From NCBI GenBank assembly GCA_964571195.1, contig CAZNAD010000010.1, forward strand, positions 10,029 through 74,028: a stretch of 64,000 nucleotides of DNA. The letters are read 5' to 3'. Shown piece by piece: positions 34,513-44,347 of the stretch. The position numbers and the translations under genes were made by a program. This DNA is from an uncultured Gallionellaceae bacterium (GTDB taxonomy: Bacteria; Pseudomonadota; Gammaproteobacteria; Burkholderiales; Gallionellaceae). Under the pieces are notes generated by a model. That model was not told the DNA's origin. It searched no databases and saw only the letters and a program-made list of their open reading frames with translations. Within the stretch, counting starts at the first letter, position 1. Every line of letters starts with the position of its first letter.

Positions 34513-34943
34513 TGGTTGGTATCCTGTTGGTGACACACAATGGTTTGGGCGACAGCCTGGTCGATTGTGTGCGCCATGTGATGGGCAGCACCCCTTCCCA
34601 TGTGAAGGTGCTTTCCGTGCTGGCCAGTGATGATCCGCAGCAGAAAGAGGCCGAGGGGCGGGCGTTGATCGATCAGCTCGATACCGGCAGGGGAGTGTTG
34701 ATCCTGTGTGATGTGTTCGGTGCGACGCCGAGCAACATCGCACAACGCCTGCAACAACCGGGGCGGGTGGAAGGTGTAGCTGGGGTCAATCTGCCGATGA
34801 TGCTGCGCGTGATGGTGTGCAGCCGTGACCGCTCTTTACCGGAGTTGGCGCAGCGCGCGCTGGACGGTGGTCGTGAATGTATCGTCTCAATGGGTTCGGA
34901 ATCGAAAGGCTGTGATGTTGAAACAAGATGCGCAGATAATTAA
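34512..34943 (+). CDS. PTS EIIA component, mannose/fructose family
   Basis: MVGILLVTHNGLGDSL is an N-terminal EIIA-Man signature with the phospho-His context (VTH). Confidence 0.8.
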   Translation: MVGILLVTHNGLGDSLVDCVRHVMGSTPSHVKVLSVLASDDPQQKEAEGRALIDQLDTGRGVLILCDVFGATPSNIAQRLQQPGRVEGVAGVNLPMMLRVMVCSRDRSLPELAQRALDGGRECIVSMGSESKGCDVETRCADN

Positions 34944-35184
34944 CAAGTTGGGACTCCATGCGCGAGCATCTGCCAAGCTCACCCAGCTCGCTTCGCAGTA
35001 TCCCTGCGAGGTATGGCTGTCGCGTAATGGCCGCCGCATCAATGCCAAGAGCATCATGGGCGTGATGATGCTGGCCGCCGCCAAGGGTGCCACGGTTACC
35101 ATTGAGACCGACGGAGAGCAGGAGCAGGAAGCGATGGCGGCAATCGTGGCATTGATCGGTGATTATTTCGGGGAGGGCGAATGA
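34915..35184 (+). CDS. ptsH: Phosphocarrier protein HPr/NPr
   Basis: The ATG at 34915 places the active-site His at residue 15 (NKLGLHARAS). 89 aa. Confidence 0.85.
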   Translation: MLKQDAQIINKLGLHARASAKLTQLASQYPCEVWLSRNGRRINAKSIMGVMMLAAAKGATVTIETDGEQEQEAMAAIVALIGDYFGEGE

Positions 35185-36905
35185 GTTTCGCGCTACACGG
35201 TCTGCCGGTCTCGCAGGGGATCGCTATCGGCCATGCACATCTGGTGTCGCATGCCGCGCTGGAAGTGACCCATTATGTGTTGCCCAAGCATCTGGTTCAT
35301 GAAGAAGTCGCTCGTCTCGATGAGGCGCTGGAAACGACACGTAAGGAATTGAGCGGGCTACGCGAGTTTCGTCCGCTACAGGCGGCAGCCGAATTCGACG
35401 CGTTCCTCGATCTGCATTTGATGATCCTGGGCGATGAGCATATCAGTAATGCCGCGCGAGAAATGATCGTCCGCGAACACTGCAATGCGGAATGGGCGCT
35501 GAAGACGCAGATGGAGGCGTTGGTTGGCCAATTCGAGGCGTTTGAGGATGCCTATCTGCGCGAACGCAAGACCGATGTTGTGCAGGTGGTCGAGCGTATC
35601 CTCAAGACCATGAGCGGACAACTCGGCTATACACCGCCCAGTGCACAACACGACCAGAACCTGATCCTGGTTGCCCATGATGTGAGTCCGGCCGATCTGA
35701 TCCAGCTCAAGCCACATCGCTTCTGCGCCATTCTCACCGATGTGGGCGGAGCCACTTCCCACACCGCCATCGTGGCGCGCGGATTGAACACCCCGTGCGT
35801 GGTCGGCCTGCACCATGCGCGCGAACTCATCAAAGACCACGATATGCTTATCGTGGACGGCGAACAGGGCGTCGTGCTGGTCAACCCGGACAAGCAGTTG
35901 CTGGCCGAATACAAGTTGCGCCACAGCCAGCTGGAGTTGGAGCGGCAGAAGCTCAAACGCTTGAAGACTGCTCATGCCAACACGCTGGACGGTACCCATA
36001 TCGAGTTGCATGCCAATATCGAGATGCCGCACGACCTGATTGATGTCAAAGAGAACGGTGCCACGGGTATCGGCCTGTTCCGCAGCGAATTTCTGTTTCT
36101 CAACCGTGACGAGTTGCCGGATGAAGAAGAACAGTTCGAAGCGTACCGCGCGGTGGTGGAGGGGATGGATGGCTTGCCTGTCACTATTCGCACCTTCGAT
36201 CTGGGTGCGGATAAACAGATCAAAGGTGCGGTACGTGTCGCCAGTAATCCTGCTTTGGGCTTGCGTGCGATACGTCTGTGCCTGGCCGAGCCCCAGCTTT
36301 TTCGCACACAGCTGCGCGCCCTGCTGCGAGCTTCGGCCTACGGCAATCTGAAAATATTGGTGCCGATGTTGTCCGGTGTCGCGGAGATCAACCAGACACT
36401 GCAATTCATCGCCTCGACCAAGCAGATGCTGAGCGCGGAAGGTATCACCTACAATCCGGCGGTGCCGATCGGCGGCATGATCGAGATCCCGGCAGCCGCG
36501 TTGGCATTGAACATGTTCGTGAAGAAGCTGGATTTTCTGTCTATCGGCACCAATGACTTGATCCAGTACACTTTGGCGATCGACCGCACCGATGAGGAGG
36601 TGGCGCATCTTTATGATCCGCTGCATCCGGCGGTTTTGTATTTGCTGGCACACGTCATTTCCAGCGCCAACAAGGCCAATGTGCCGATTTCGGTGTGCGG
36701 TGAGATGGCGGGTGAGTTGGCCTATACTCGCTTGCTGCTGGGTTTCGGTTTGCGCCAGTTTTCGATGAACCCGGCGCAGTTACTGGCCACGAAGCAACGC
36801 GTGTTGACCACCAGTCTGCCTGAGATATTGCCGCTCGCACAGAAGATATTGCGCCTGGAAGATCCGCTCAAGATACAGGAGCTGCTGAACCGCTTGAACG
36901 GTTGA
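35181..36905 (+). CDS. ptsI: Phosphoenolpyruvate-protein phosphotransferase (Enzyme I)
   Basis: 574 aa. GGATSHTAIVARGL phospho-His motif and a C-terminal PEP-utilising domain (SIGTNDLIQY). Confidence 0.92.
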   Translation: MSFALHGLPVSQGIAIGHAHLVSHAALEVTHYVLPKHLVHEEVARLDEALETTRKELSGLREFRPLQAAAEFDAFLDLHLMILGDEHISNAAREMIVREHCNAEWALKTQMEALVGQFEAFEDAYLRERKTDVVQVVERILKTMSGQLGYTPPSAQHDQNLILVAHDVSPADLIQLKPHRFCAILTDVGGATSHTAIVARGLNTPCVVGLHHARELIKDHDMLIVDGEQGVVLVNPDKQLLAEYKLRHSQLELERQKLKRLKTAHANTLDGTHIELHANIEMPHDLIDVKENGATGIGLFRSEFLFLNRDELPDEEEQFEAYRAVVEGMDGLPVTIRTFDLGADKQIKGAVRVASNPALGLRAIRLCLAEPQLFRTQLRALLRASAYGNLKILVPMLSGVAEINQTLQFIASTKQMLSAEGITYNPAVPIGGMIEIPAAALALNMFVKKLDFLSIGTNDLIQYTLAIDRTDEEVAHLYDPLHPAVLYLLAHVISSANKANVPISVCGEMAGELAYTRLLLGFGLRQFSMNPAQLLATKQRVLTTSLPEILPLAQKILRLEDPLKIQELLNRLNG

Positions 36906-37009
36906 CTGGCGGGACTTTCTGTAGCGCCGCTCCGACGACGTTGAGGCAGAGGGATGTGCTTGCTATACTGCGCCACAAATCAATGACAACACTCCAAGGG
37001 AGTAGGGGG

Positions 37010-37663
37010 ATGAACAACATGGAACAAGCACGCTTCAATATGGTGGAACAACAGATCCGTCCGTGGGATGTTCTGGACATGACGGTATTGGATCTGTTGA
37101 AAAAGATCAAACGTGAACATTTCGTCCCCGCCGAGCAACGTGCGCTGGCTTTCGTGGATATGGATATCCCGCTGGGCTACGGTGCCAAGATGTGGCAGCC
37201 CAAGCTGGAGGCGCGTGCCGTGCAGGCGTTGAAGTTGCAGCCGTCAGATCAAGTGCTGGAGATCGGTACCGGCAGCGGCTATCTGACCGCGCTGTTATGT
37301 TCTCTTGCCGGACATGTGACCAGCGTGGAGATTGTGAAGGAACTCAGTGCGGCGGCAGGCCGCAACCTCACAGCCGCTCGCATCGACAATGTCACACTCG
37401 AAATCGGTGATGCGGCGAACGGTTGGGGTGCGGGCCTGTATGACGCGATCGTGTTGACGGGTTCGGTGCCGTTGCAACCCGCCGCATTGATGAAGAGCCT
37501 GAAAGTTGGCGGACGTCTGTTCGCGGTGATCGGCGATGCGCCGGCGATGAAAGCCACGCTGGTAACCCGAACGGCCGAAGACGCATTCCACAGCACGGCG
37601 CTGTTCGAAATAAGCGTAGCACCGCTGCTGAATGCGTCGCAGCCGGACCGGTTCATTTTTTAG
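37010..37663 (+). CDS. Protein-L-isoaspartate O-methyltransferase family protein
   Basis: ATG at 37010 after a GGGGG RBS. SAM motif VLEIGTGSGYLTALL. Confidence 0.75.
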   Translation: MNNMEQARFNMVEQQIRPWDVLDMTVLDLLKKIKREHFVPAEQRALAFVDMDIPLGYGAKMWQPKLEARAVQALKLQPSDQVLEIGTGSGYLTALLCSLAGHVTSVEIVKELSAAAGRNLTAARIDNVTLEIGDAANGWGAGLYDAIVLTGSVPLQPAALMKSLKVGGRLFAVIGDAPAMKATLVTRTAEDAFHSTALFEISVAPLLNASQPDRFIF

Positions 37664-37703
37664 GATAAAGGCGGGTGCGAGGCTCGTGATTGAGAAGACT
37701 CCC

Positions 37704-38600
37704 TTAATAAGGGAAGTTTTGATTCAAGCAGGTCGCCAAATCATCCTGCCATTCGGGCAGGGAAAGTCCAAAAGTCTGGCGGATCTTTTCTGTCGATAGA
37801 ATTGAATTTTTTGGTCGTTTTGCCGGAAGCGGATATTCCTCTGTGGAAATAGGATGGATGTTTATCGTCTTATTTCTGAGTTGAGTATCGTGCTGGCGTG
37901 CCAATCTTAGAATCTCTTCCGCGTACTGATGCCAGTTGGTGTGGCCTCCCGCAGTCAGATGATATATCCCGGAAAGATGTGTGTCCCGCGTAATGATCTG
38001 TGGGTTTCCCAATATCTGCAAGGTTGCGTCCGCCAGTAAACGTGCCCATGTCGGGGCTCCGAATTGATCAGCCACGATGCGGAGTTCATCCCGTTCTTTT
38101 GCCAGGCGCAACACTGTCTTGATGAAATTTCCGCCGTGTATGCCATACACCCAGCTGGTGCGCAGAATGAGATGCCTGCATCCGGCCGATTGAATTGCAA
38201 GTTCGCCGGCAAGTTTGGTTTTTCCATATACGCTTTGGGGATTCGGCGGGGTGTCTTCGCGATAAGGGGTCGTGTTATTGCCGTCGAACACATAGTCGGT
38301 CGAATAATGTACCAACAACGCATCAAGCTGCTTTGCCTCCTCTGCCAATATTTGGGGAGCGACCCCGTTCACCCGCATGGATAAATCCGCTTCCGATTCG
38401 GCTTTATCCACTGCAGTGTAGGCGGCCGGATTGAGGATGATGTCTGGCCTCACTTCGCGTACGGATCGACAGATTGAATCCGGATCTGACAGGTCAAGCC
38501 GGTCGCGTCCTGGGGAAATGACGTAGTAAGACGAGGAGAGTCGTCGCTGTAGCTCCCATCCAACTTGGCCATTGGCGCCGGTCAATAAGATCGTTCTCAA
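37704..38600 (-). CDS. rfbD: dTDP-4-dehydrorhamnose reductase
   Basis: 298 aa. ILLTGANGQVGWEL Rossmann motif. Last gene of rfbBACD. Confidence 0.9.
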   Translation of the reverse strand: MRTILLTGANGQVGWELQRRLSSSYYVISPGRDRLDLSDPDSICRSVREVRPDIILNPAAYTAVDKAESEADLSMRVNGVAPQILAEEAKQLDALLVHYSTDYVFDGNNTTPYREDTPPNPQSVYGKTKLAGELAIQSAGCRHLILRTSWVYGIHGGNFIKTVLRLAKERDELRIVADQFGAPTWARLLADATLQILGNPQIITRDTHLSGIYHLTAGGHTNWHQYAEEILRLARQHDTQLRNKTINIHPISTEEYPLPAKRPKNSILSTEKIRQTFGLSLPEWQDDLATCLNQNFPY

Positions 38601-39148
38601 GGAAATAGCTCTGCTTTATCCAGCGATATGCCAATGGCATCTTTTTGGGATAGTTGCGGGGGGGCAGACAGTGGCCAATCAATGGCCAATTGAGGGTCGT
38701 TCCAGGCGATGCAGCGTTCGTGTTCCGGGGCCCAGTAATCGGTTGTCTTGTAGAGAAATTCGGCGTTTTCGGAGAGGACGGCAAAGCCGTGGGCAAATCC
38801 TTCAGGGATCCACAACATGCGCTTGTTCTCGGCCGAAAGATGGACGCCCACCCACTGACCAAAGGTTGGCGAAGACCTGCGGATATCTACTGCGACATCG
38901 AACACCTCGCCATAGGTTACGCGTACCAACTTCCCTTGCGGCTGTCGGATCTGGTAATGCAGTCCGCGCAACACGCCCTGTGAGGAGCGGGAATGGTTGT
39001 CCTGCACAAAACCGACCGGATAGCCGATTGATTGTTCAAATTGCTTTTGATTGTAACTTTCATAGAAAAACCCGCGTGTATCGCCGAACACTTTTGGCTC
39101 GACAATCCAGCAGTCCCGAATTCCGGTCTCAATGATCCGCATGCTCAT
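38597..39148 (-). CDS. rfbC: dTDP-4-dehydrorhamnose 3,5-epimerase
   Basis: 183 aa cupin. RGFFYESY and LRGLHYQ motifs. Confidence 0.92.
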   Translation of the reverse strand: MSMRIIETGIRDCWIVEPKVFGDTRGFFYESYNQKQFEQSIGYPVGFVQDNHSRSSQGVLRGLHYQIRQPQGKLVRVTYGEVFDVAVDIRRSSPTFGQWVGVHLSAENKRMLWIPEGFAHGFAVLSENAEFLYKTTDYWAPEHERCIAWNDPQLAIDWPLSAPPQLSQKDAIGISLDKAELFP

Positions 39149-40023
39149 CAGAATCTGCGCTCAGTCAGCAAGCTGGCGAGGTAGCGGCCATAGCCATTCT
39201 TTGAGAGTGGTACGATCAAGCGCCGCAATTGCTCGGCATCGATATAACCTTTGTTGTAGGCGATCTCTTCGGGACAGGCGACCTTCAGGCCCTGCCTCTT
39301 TTCCAGCGTTTCGATGAAGGCGGAAGCCTCCAGCAAGGATTCATGTGTGCCGGTATCCAGCCATGCATAACCTCGCCCCATTATTTGTACATCGAGGGAA
39401 CCCCGATCCAGATAGATCTGGTTGACGGCGGTGATCTCCAGCTCACCGCGAGCAGATGGTCGGATCGATTTGGCGATCTGCACGACATCATTGTCGTAGA
39501 AATACAAGCCTGTCACAGCATAATTGGATTTTGGTTTGGCGGGTTTCTCTTCGATGCTGAGAGCCTGGCCGTGAGCATCGAAATCCACCACGCCATAACG
39601 CTCGGGATCATGCACGTGGTAGGCAAAAACTGTCCCTCCCTTTTCCTTGTTGGCTGCGGCGGAGAGTAGCTTGTCGAAACCGTGACCATAAAAGATATTG
39701 TCGCCGAGCACCAGAGAGCATCCCCCGCTGCCGATGAATGAATCGCCGATGATGAAGGCTTGTGCGAGTCCGTCGGGGGAGGGCTGGACTGCGTAGGAGA
39801 AATTCATTCCCCACTGGCTTCCGTCACCGAGCAATTGCTCAAAGCGCGAGGTATCTTGCGGTGTAGAGATGATCAGTACGTTGCGGATACCCGCCAGCAT
39901 GAGAGCGCTTAGCGGATAATATATCATGGGCTTGTCATAGACCGGCAAAAGCTGCTTTGAGACAGCTTGGGTTACCGGGTAAAGACGCGTGCCAGAGCCA
40001 CCGGCGAGAATGATCCCCTTCAT
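39148..40023 (-). CDS. rfbA: Glucose-1-phosphate thymidylyltransferase
   Basis: [18 protein letters not shown] signature. 291 aa. Confidence 0.95.
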   Translation of the reverse strand: MKGIILAGGSGTRLYPVTQAVSKQLLPVYDKPMIYYPLSALMLAGIRNVLIISTPQDTSRFEQLLGDGSQWGMNFSYAVQPSPDGLAQAFIIGDSFIGSGGCSLVLGDNIFYGHGFDKLLSAAANKEKGGTVFAYHVHDPERYGVVDFDAHGQALSIEEKPAKPKSNYAVTGLYFYDNDVVQIAKSIRPSARGELEITAVNQIYLDRGSLDVQIMGRGYAWLDTGTHESLLEASAFIETLEKRQGLKVACPEEIAYNKGYIDAEQLRRLIVPLSKNGYGRYLASLLTERRF

Positions 40024-41087
40024 GCTTTCCTCCTGTCGGTATAGTTCTGGTCAATCCACTTTTGGTACTCTCCACTGATGACGCTGTCGACCCATCCGGT
40101 GTTGGATAGATACCACTCCACCGTTTTGCGCAGTCCGCTTTCGAAGGTCTCTTGCGGTTTCCAGCCCAGCACTCTTTCGATCTTGCTTGCATCAATCGCA
40201 TAACGCCGGTCGTGTCCAGGGCGGTCTTGCACATGGGTGATCAGCCGGCTATGCGGCGCACTTTGAGGGCGGAGTTCGTCAAGGATGGCGCAGATGGATA
40301 GAACGACTTCGAGATTGCTCTTCTCGTTCCATCCCCCGATATTGTATGTCTCGCCAAGTTGGCCTTGTTCAAGCACCAAACACAATGCGCGTGCGTGGTC
40401 ATCAACGTAAAGCCAGTCTCGAATGTTGTCTCCTTTGCCGTATATGGGCACGGGTTTGCCATTCATCGCGTTGAGTATGGTCAGTGGAATCAATTTTTCC
40501 GGAAAGTGGAACGGGCCATAATTGTTGGAGCAATTGGTCGTGATCACGGGGAGTCCGTATGTGTGATGCCATGCGCGTACCAGATGATCCGAGGCTGCTT
40601 TGCTTGCCGAGTAAGGAGAGTTTGGCTCGTAAGCGGTTTGTTCAGTAAAGAATCCGGTTGCTCCCAAGCTGCCGTAGACTTCATCGGTAGAGATATGGTG
40701 GAAGCGAAATGCTGCTTTGCGTGGGGGGGGCAAAGAGTTCCAGTAGTTGCGCGCCGCTTCCAGCAAGGTATAGGTTCCGACAATATTGGTTTGGATGAAT
40801 GCTGCGGGGCCTGAAATGGAGCGATCGACATGCGATTCGGCCGCCAGATGCATGACAGCATCGGGCTGGTGTTCGCGAAACACGCGGGAAACATCCTCGG
40901 CGTTGCAGATATCCACTTTTTCAAAGGAGTAGCGCGGATTGCTTGAAACAGAGTCCAAGGATCGCAGATTGCCCGCATAGGTCAGTTTGTCGAGATTGAC
41001 CACACTATAGCCGGTATCGCTGATAAGTTGTCGGATCGCGGCTGAACCGATGAATCCAGCACCGCCGGTAATGAGGATTCTATTCAT
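40020..41087 (-). CDS. rfbB: dTDP-glucose 4,6-dehydratase
   Basis: [12 protein letters not shown] and YSASKAASD (SDR YxxxK). 355 aa. Confidence 0.95.
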   Translation of the reverse strand: MNRILITGGAGFIGSAAIRQLISDTGYSVVNLDKLTYAGNLRSLDSVSSNPRYSFEKVDICNAEDVSRVFREHQPDAVMHLAAESHVDRSISGPAAFIQTNIVGTYTLLEAARNYWNSLPPPRKAAFRFHHISTDEVYGSLGATGFFTEQTAYEPNSPYSASKAASDHLVRAWHHTYGLPVITTNCSNNYGPFHFPEKLIPLTILNAMNGKPVPIYGKGDNIRDWLYVDDHARALCLVLEQGQLGETYNIGGWNEKSNLEVVLSICAILDELRPQSAPHSRLITHVQDRPGHDRRYAIDASKIERVLGWKPQETFESGLRKTVEWYLSNTGWVDSVISGEYQKWIDQNYTDRRKA

Positions 41088-41096
41088 GGGGGGATT

Positions 41097-42389
41097 TTAC
41101 CCGAGGTGAGTCCGATATGTGGGATCGGGGTGATTCAGTTTGTGACCGATCAGATTCTTGGCACAATTGGTCGCCCCTTGGTTGGTGCGAACAAAGCTCA
41201 ATCCTGCCAACCCCATATCTTGAGCAACCATCTGCTTGTTAAATAATTCTTGCAGTATTTGCACCATTGTTTGGGCATCTGTAATTCTTTGCGCGGCACC
41301 TTGTTTGATCGCTTGCTGGCATGCCTGTTCGAAATTGTAGGTATGCGGACCGATCAGGACGGGTTTGCCCACTGCGCAGGCTTCGATTAGGTTCTGCCCG
41401 CCGAATGGCAACAGGCTACCCCCGATGAATGCGATGTCGCACGCCGCATAATAAGCAAACATCTCGCCCATGCTGTCGCCCAGTACGACTTCGGTATCTG
41501 CTGCGATGGCGACATGTTCACTGCGGCGCTGATAGCGGAAGCCGTGCTGGGCGATCAATGTGGCGACTGCGTCGAATCGCTGAGGATGGCGTGGGACGAT
41601 CACGCTCAACAAACCGGGGATATTCGTCTGTTTGAGCGCGTCCAGCAGCAATATCTCTTCACCTTCGCGGGTGCTGGCGGCAAGGAATATTTTGCGCGTC
41701 GAGCCGAACGTGTCGCGCAGACGTTTGCCCAGTTCCAGCATCGCTGCGGGAGGTTCGATGTCAAACTTCAGATTTCCCATGAGACTGATGTTTTCTCCGC
41801 CGAGCATTTGCAGACGTCGCGCATCGGCTTCGGTTTGTGCGGCAATCGTTGTGAGTTCGTGCAGGCCCTGTCGAGTTAACGCGGGAAAGCGGGCATAACG
41901 GGCTGCCGATTTTTCAGATAGACGCGCGTTGAGCAGCAGCAGCGGGACATTCGCGGTGCGACACAGGTGGATGAGATTGAACCAGATCTCGGTTTCCAGC
42001 AGGACGCCGACTTGCGGCTGGAAATGGCGCAGAAAGCGGCGCACTGCACAAGGGAAGTCATAGGGCAGATAAACTCTGAGCACGTCGTTGCCAAACAGTT
42101 GTTCGCTGGTCGCGCGCCCGGTCGGAGTGGTGTGGGTAAGCAGCAATTGATGGTTGGGATAGGTTTTCAACAGGACCTGCACCAATGCTACTGCCGCCCG
42201 TGTTTCGCCCACGGATACGGTATGCAGCCAGATGACCGGACGGTCGGTTCGGGGTGTATAAAAGCCGAAGCGTTCGCCGATGTGACGGAGATATTCCGGT
42301 TGTTTGCGACCGCGCCACAACAGATGGAAGCAGATGTAGGGCAGCAATAACCACAGTAGCCCTGTGTAGATAAGGCGCGGGTTAATCAT
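41097..42389 (-). CDS. waaA: 3-deoxy-D-manno-octulosonic acid (Kdo) transferase
   Basis: ATG at 42389 (MINPRLIYTG...). IWLHTVSVGETRAA motif. The ORF-track N-terminal extension overlaps waaC. Confidence 0.9.
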   Translation of the reverse strand: MINPRLIYTGLLWLLLPYICFHLLWRGRKQPEYLRHIGERFGFYTPRTDRPVIWLHTVSVGETRAAVALVQVLLKTYPNHQLLLTHTTPTGRATSEQLFGNDVLRVYLPYDFPCAVRRFLRHFQPQVGVLLETEIWFNLIHLCRTANVPLLLLNARLSEKSAARYARFPALTRQGLHELTTIAAQTEADARRLQMLGGENISLMGNLKFDIEPPAAMLELGKRLRDTFGSTRKIFLAASTREGEEILLLDALKQTNIPGLLSVIVPRHPQRFDAVATLIAQHGFRYQRRSEHVAIAADTEVVLGDSMGEMFAYYAACDIAFIGGSLLPFGGQNLIEACAVGKPVLIGPHTYNFEQACQQAIKQGAAQRITDAQTMVQILQELFNKQMVAQDMGLAGLSFVRTNQGATNCAKNLIGHKLNHPDPTYRTHLG

Positions 42390-43341
42390 GCTGTACCAGA
42401 CGGTTGAGTGTGGCGAGCACTTCGTTGACCGAGGGCGGGCGCTGAATCCCGCCCAGATTGATGGCACGTACTCCGGCATAAAGGCCGGTCAGACCTGGCT
42501 CCGTGGCGGTGTAGAGGCCGATGGTCGGGACGCCGAGCGCGGCGGCGAGATGACTCAATCCCGTGTCCACGCCGATGACGGCATGCGCCTGTCCCAGCAG
42601 CGTGGCGGCTTGCATAAGGTTTAGTCCGGGCGGACAGAGAGCATGGGGAATGCGGGCTGTTAATCGTTCGCTACGAGCCCGCTCTTTTGTGCTCCCCCAT
42701 GGCAGGATCAGTTGCAGACCGTCGTCAGCCAGTTGTCGGCCAAGTGTTATCCAATTGGCCTCGTCCCATAACTTGTCATCCCGGCTGGTCGCATGCAGCA
42801 ACACGGCATAAGGCGAACTCCGATCCAGCCAGGGCAACTCCTGTTCAGGGGGGCGAATACCATAATCGGCAGGGCCGGATGGGGTGTAGCCCAAGGCCAG
42901 TCCGGCCAGCAGGCGATTGCGTTCGACAGCATGCAGATCTTTGCGTACGGTAAATGTGCTGTCGTAAAATAGACTGGAGATGGGTTCGCGTGCACTGTTC
43001 CACGCATAGCCACAACGTGGCGGGTTAGCGCAGCGTGTGATGACGGCGCTTTTGAATAGGCCTTGCGAGTCCAGTGTTAAATCATAATGTTGTGCGCGCA
43101 ATTCGCGGAATGCTGCTAGTGTTTCGGTGCGAGTAGCCCACCAAGATTTACGCCAGCGTCGTATCGCAATGGAAATGGTTCGATGTACTTTGGGATGAAG
43201 CAAGGCTAGTGCAGCGTAATTTTCTTCTATAACCCAGTCGATACAGGCATCAGGGATGTGCTGGCAAATGTCAGTTACCACGGGAAGGTTGTGTAGCACA
43301 TCTCCCATGGAGGATGTCTTTATCAGTAAGATATCTGGCAT
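42382..43341 (-). CDS. waaC: LPS heptosyltransferase I (GT9)
   Basis: ILLIKTSSMGDVLHNLPVVTDI N-terminus and GVDTGLSHLAAALGVP motif. Confidence 0.85.
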   Translation of the reverse strand: MPDILLIKTSSMGDVLHNLPVVTDICQHIPDACIDWVIEENYAALALLHPKVHRTISIAIRRWRKSWWATRTETLAAFRELRAQHYDLTLDSQGLFKSAVITRCANPPRCGYAWNSAREPISSLFYDSTFTVRKDLHAVERNRLLAGLALGYTPSGPADYGIRPPEQELPWLDRSSPYAVLLHATSRDDKLWDEANWITLGRQLADDGLQLILPWGSTKERARSERLTARIPHALCPPGLNLMQAATLLGQAHAVIGVDTGLSHLAAALGVPTIGLYTATEPGLTGLYAGVRAINLGGIQRPPSVNEVLATLNRLVQHD

Positions 43342-43786
43342 GTAGTGTGTGCTGGAATTCTAGGGATGTATATGGCTTGGAGTGGATTTTTGATCTGATT
43401 TCATACTGTTTATTTGCCGCCGCGAAGGGCGCTGTATTCATTTGGGAGGAAACATAAATGTTTCCAGCATCAGGCTTCGATTATAATCCGCAAATGGCGC
43501 TTAAGGTCGCATTCCTGTGGGATGGCAGGGTTCCCTATAAATCATTTGTGCTAAAAATATTTTTGCAGGCGAATTGGGGGGCGTATCAGTGAAGAATCTC
43601 TATGCGTTCAAGAGCGATGGTTGAAATCGGCGGCAAGCCACGCGATTGTGGCTGTCTACGGATATCTTGCGTGACAAAATCACTTGGAAAGCTTGTGTTA
43701 AAAGATCGGATCCGTGGAGATGTGATTGAGTATGATGCGATTGGCTTCTATCATGCTGCCAGATGATTATGTCGGAGTGATTCATC

Positions 43787-44347
43787 ATGTCGCGCTTTGA
43801 TTTTATCGCAACATCGTTAGCCGGGCTTATGGTTGTACAGCGTAAGACGGTAGAGGATGAGCGTGGTTTTTTGTCGCGCTTTTATTGCGCCGAGGAGTTT
43901 TGTGCGGAAGGTTTTGGCAAGTCGATTGTGCAGATAAATCATGCGCTCACACGGAATAAAGGCGCGGTTAGAGGATTACATTTTCAGTACCCTCCGCAGG
44001 CTGAGATCAAGTTGGTGAGTTGTTTGAAAGGGGAAATACTGGACGTTGCAGTTGACCTGAGGCGTAACTCCCCAACTTTTTTGAAGTGGTACGGGGAGAT
44101 ACTTTCGAGCAAAAATCGTAGAAGTATGCTTCTCCCGGAAGGGTTCGCGCATGGATTTCAGGCGTTAGTCGACGACTGTGAGCTTATCTATCTACATACG
44201 GCCGCTTACCATCCTGAGCTGGAGGGGGGGCTTAATGTGGCAGATCCGGCATTGAATATTGCTTGGCCGTTGCAATTTGGTGATCTTTCTGCACGAGATC
44301 AGAGCCATCCATTTATTGATAAAACTTTTCAAGGAATCATTGTATGA
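43787..44347 (+). CDS. RmlC-like cupin NDP-4-keto-6-deoxyhexose epimerase/isomerase (second copy, diverged from rfbC)
   Basis: 186 aa. ERGFLSRFY, VRGLHFQ and PEGFAHGFQ motifs. Confidence 0.8.
   Translation: MSRFDFIATSLAGLMVVQRKTVEDERGFLSRFYCAEEFCAEGFGKSIVQINHALTRNKGAVRGLHFQYPPQAEIKLVSCLKGEILDVAVDLRRNSPTFLKWYGEILSSKNRRSMLLPEGFAHGFQALVDDCELIYLHTAAYHPELEGGLNVADPALNIAWPLQFGDLSARDQSHPFIDKTFQGIIV

Noticed and set aside
43600-43788. 62-aa minus-strand ORF in the waaC/glycan-operon leader.
   Set aside because: It has no RBS, runs antisense into the start of the RmlC-like gene, and has implausible composition. It is treated as non-coding leader.
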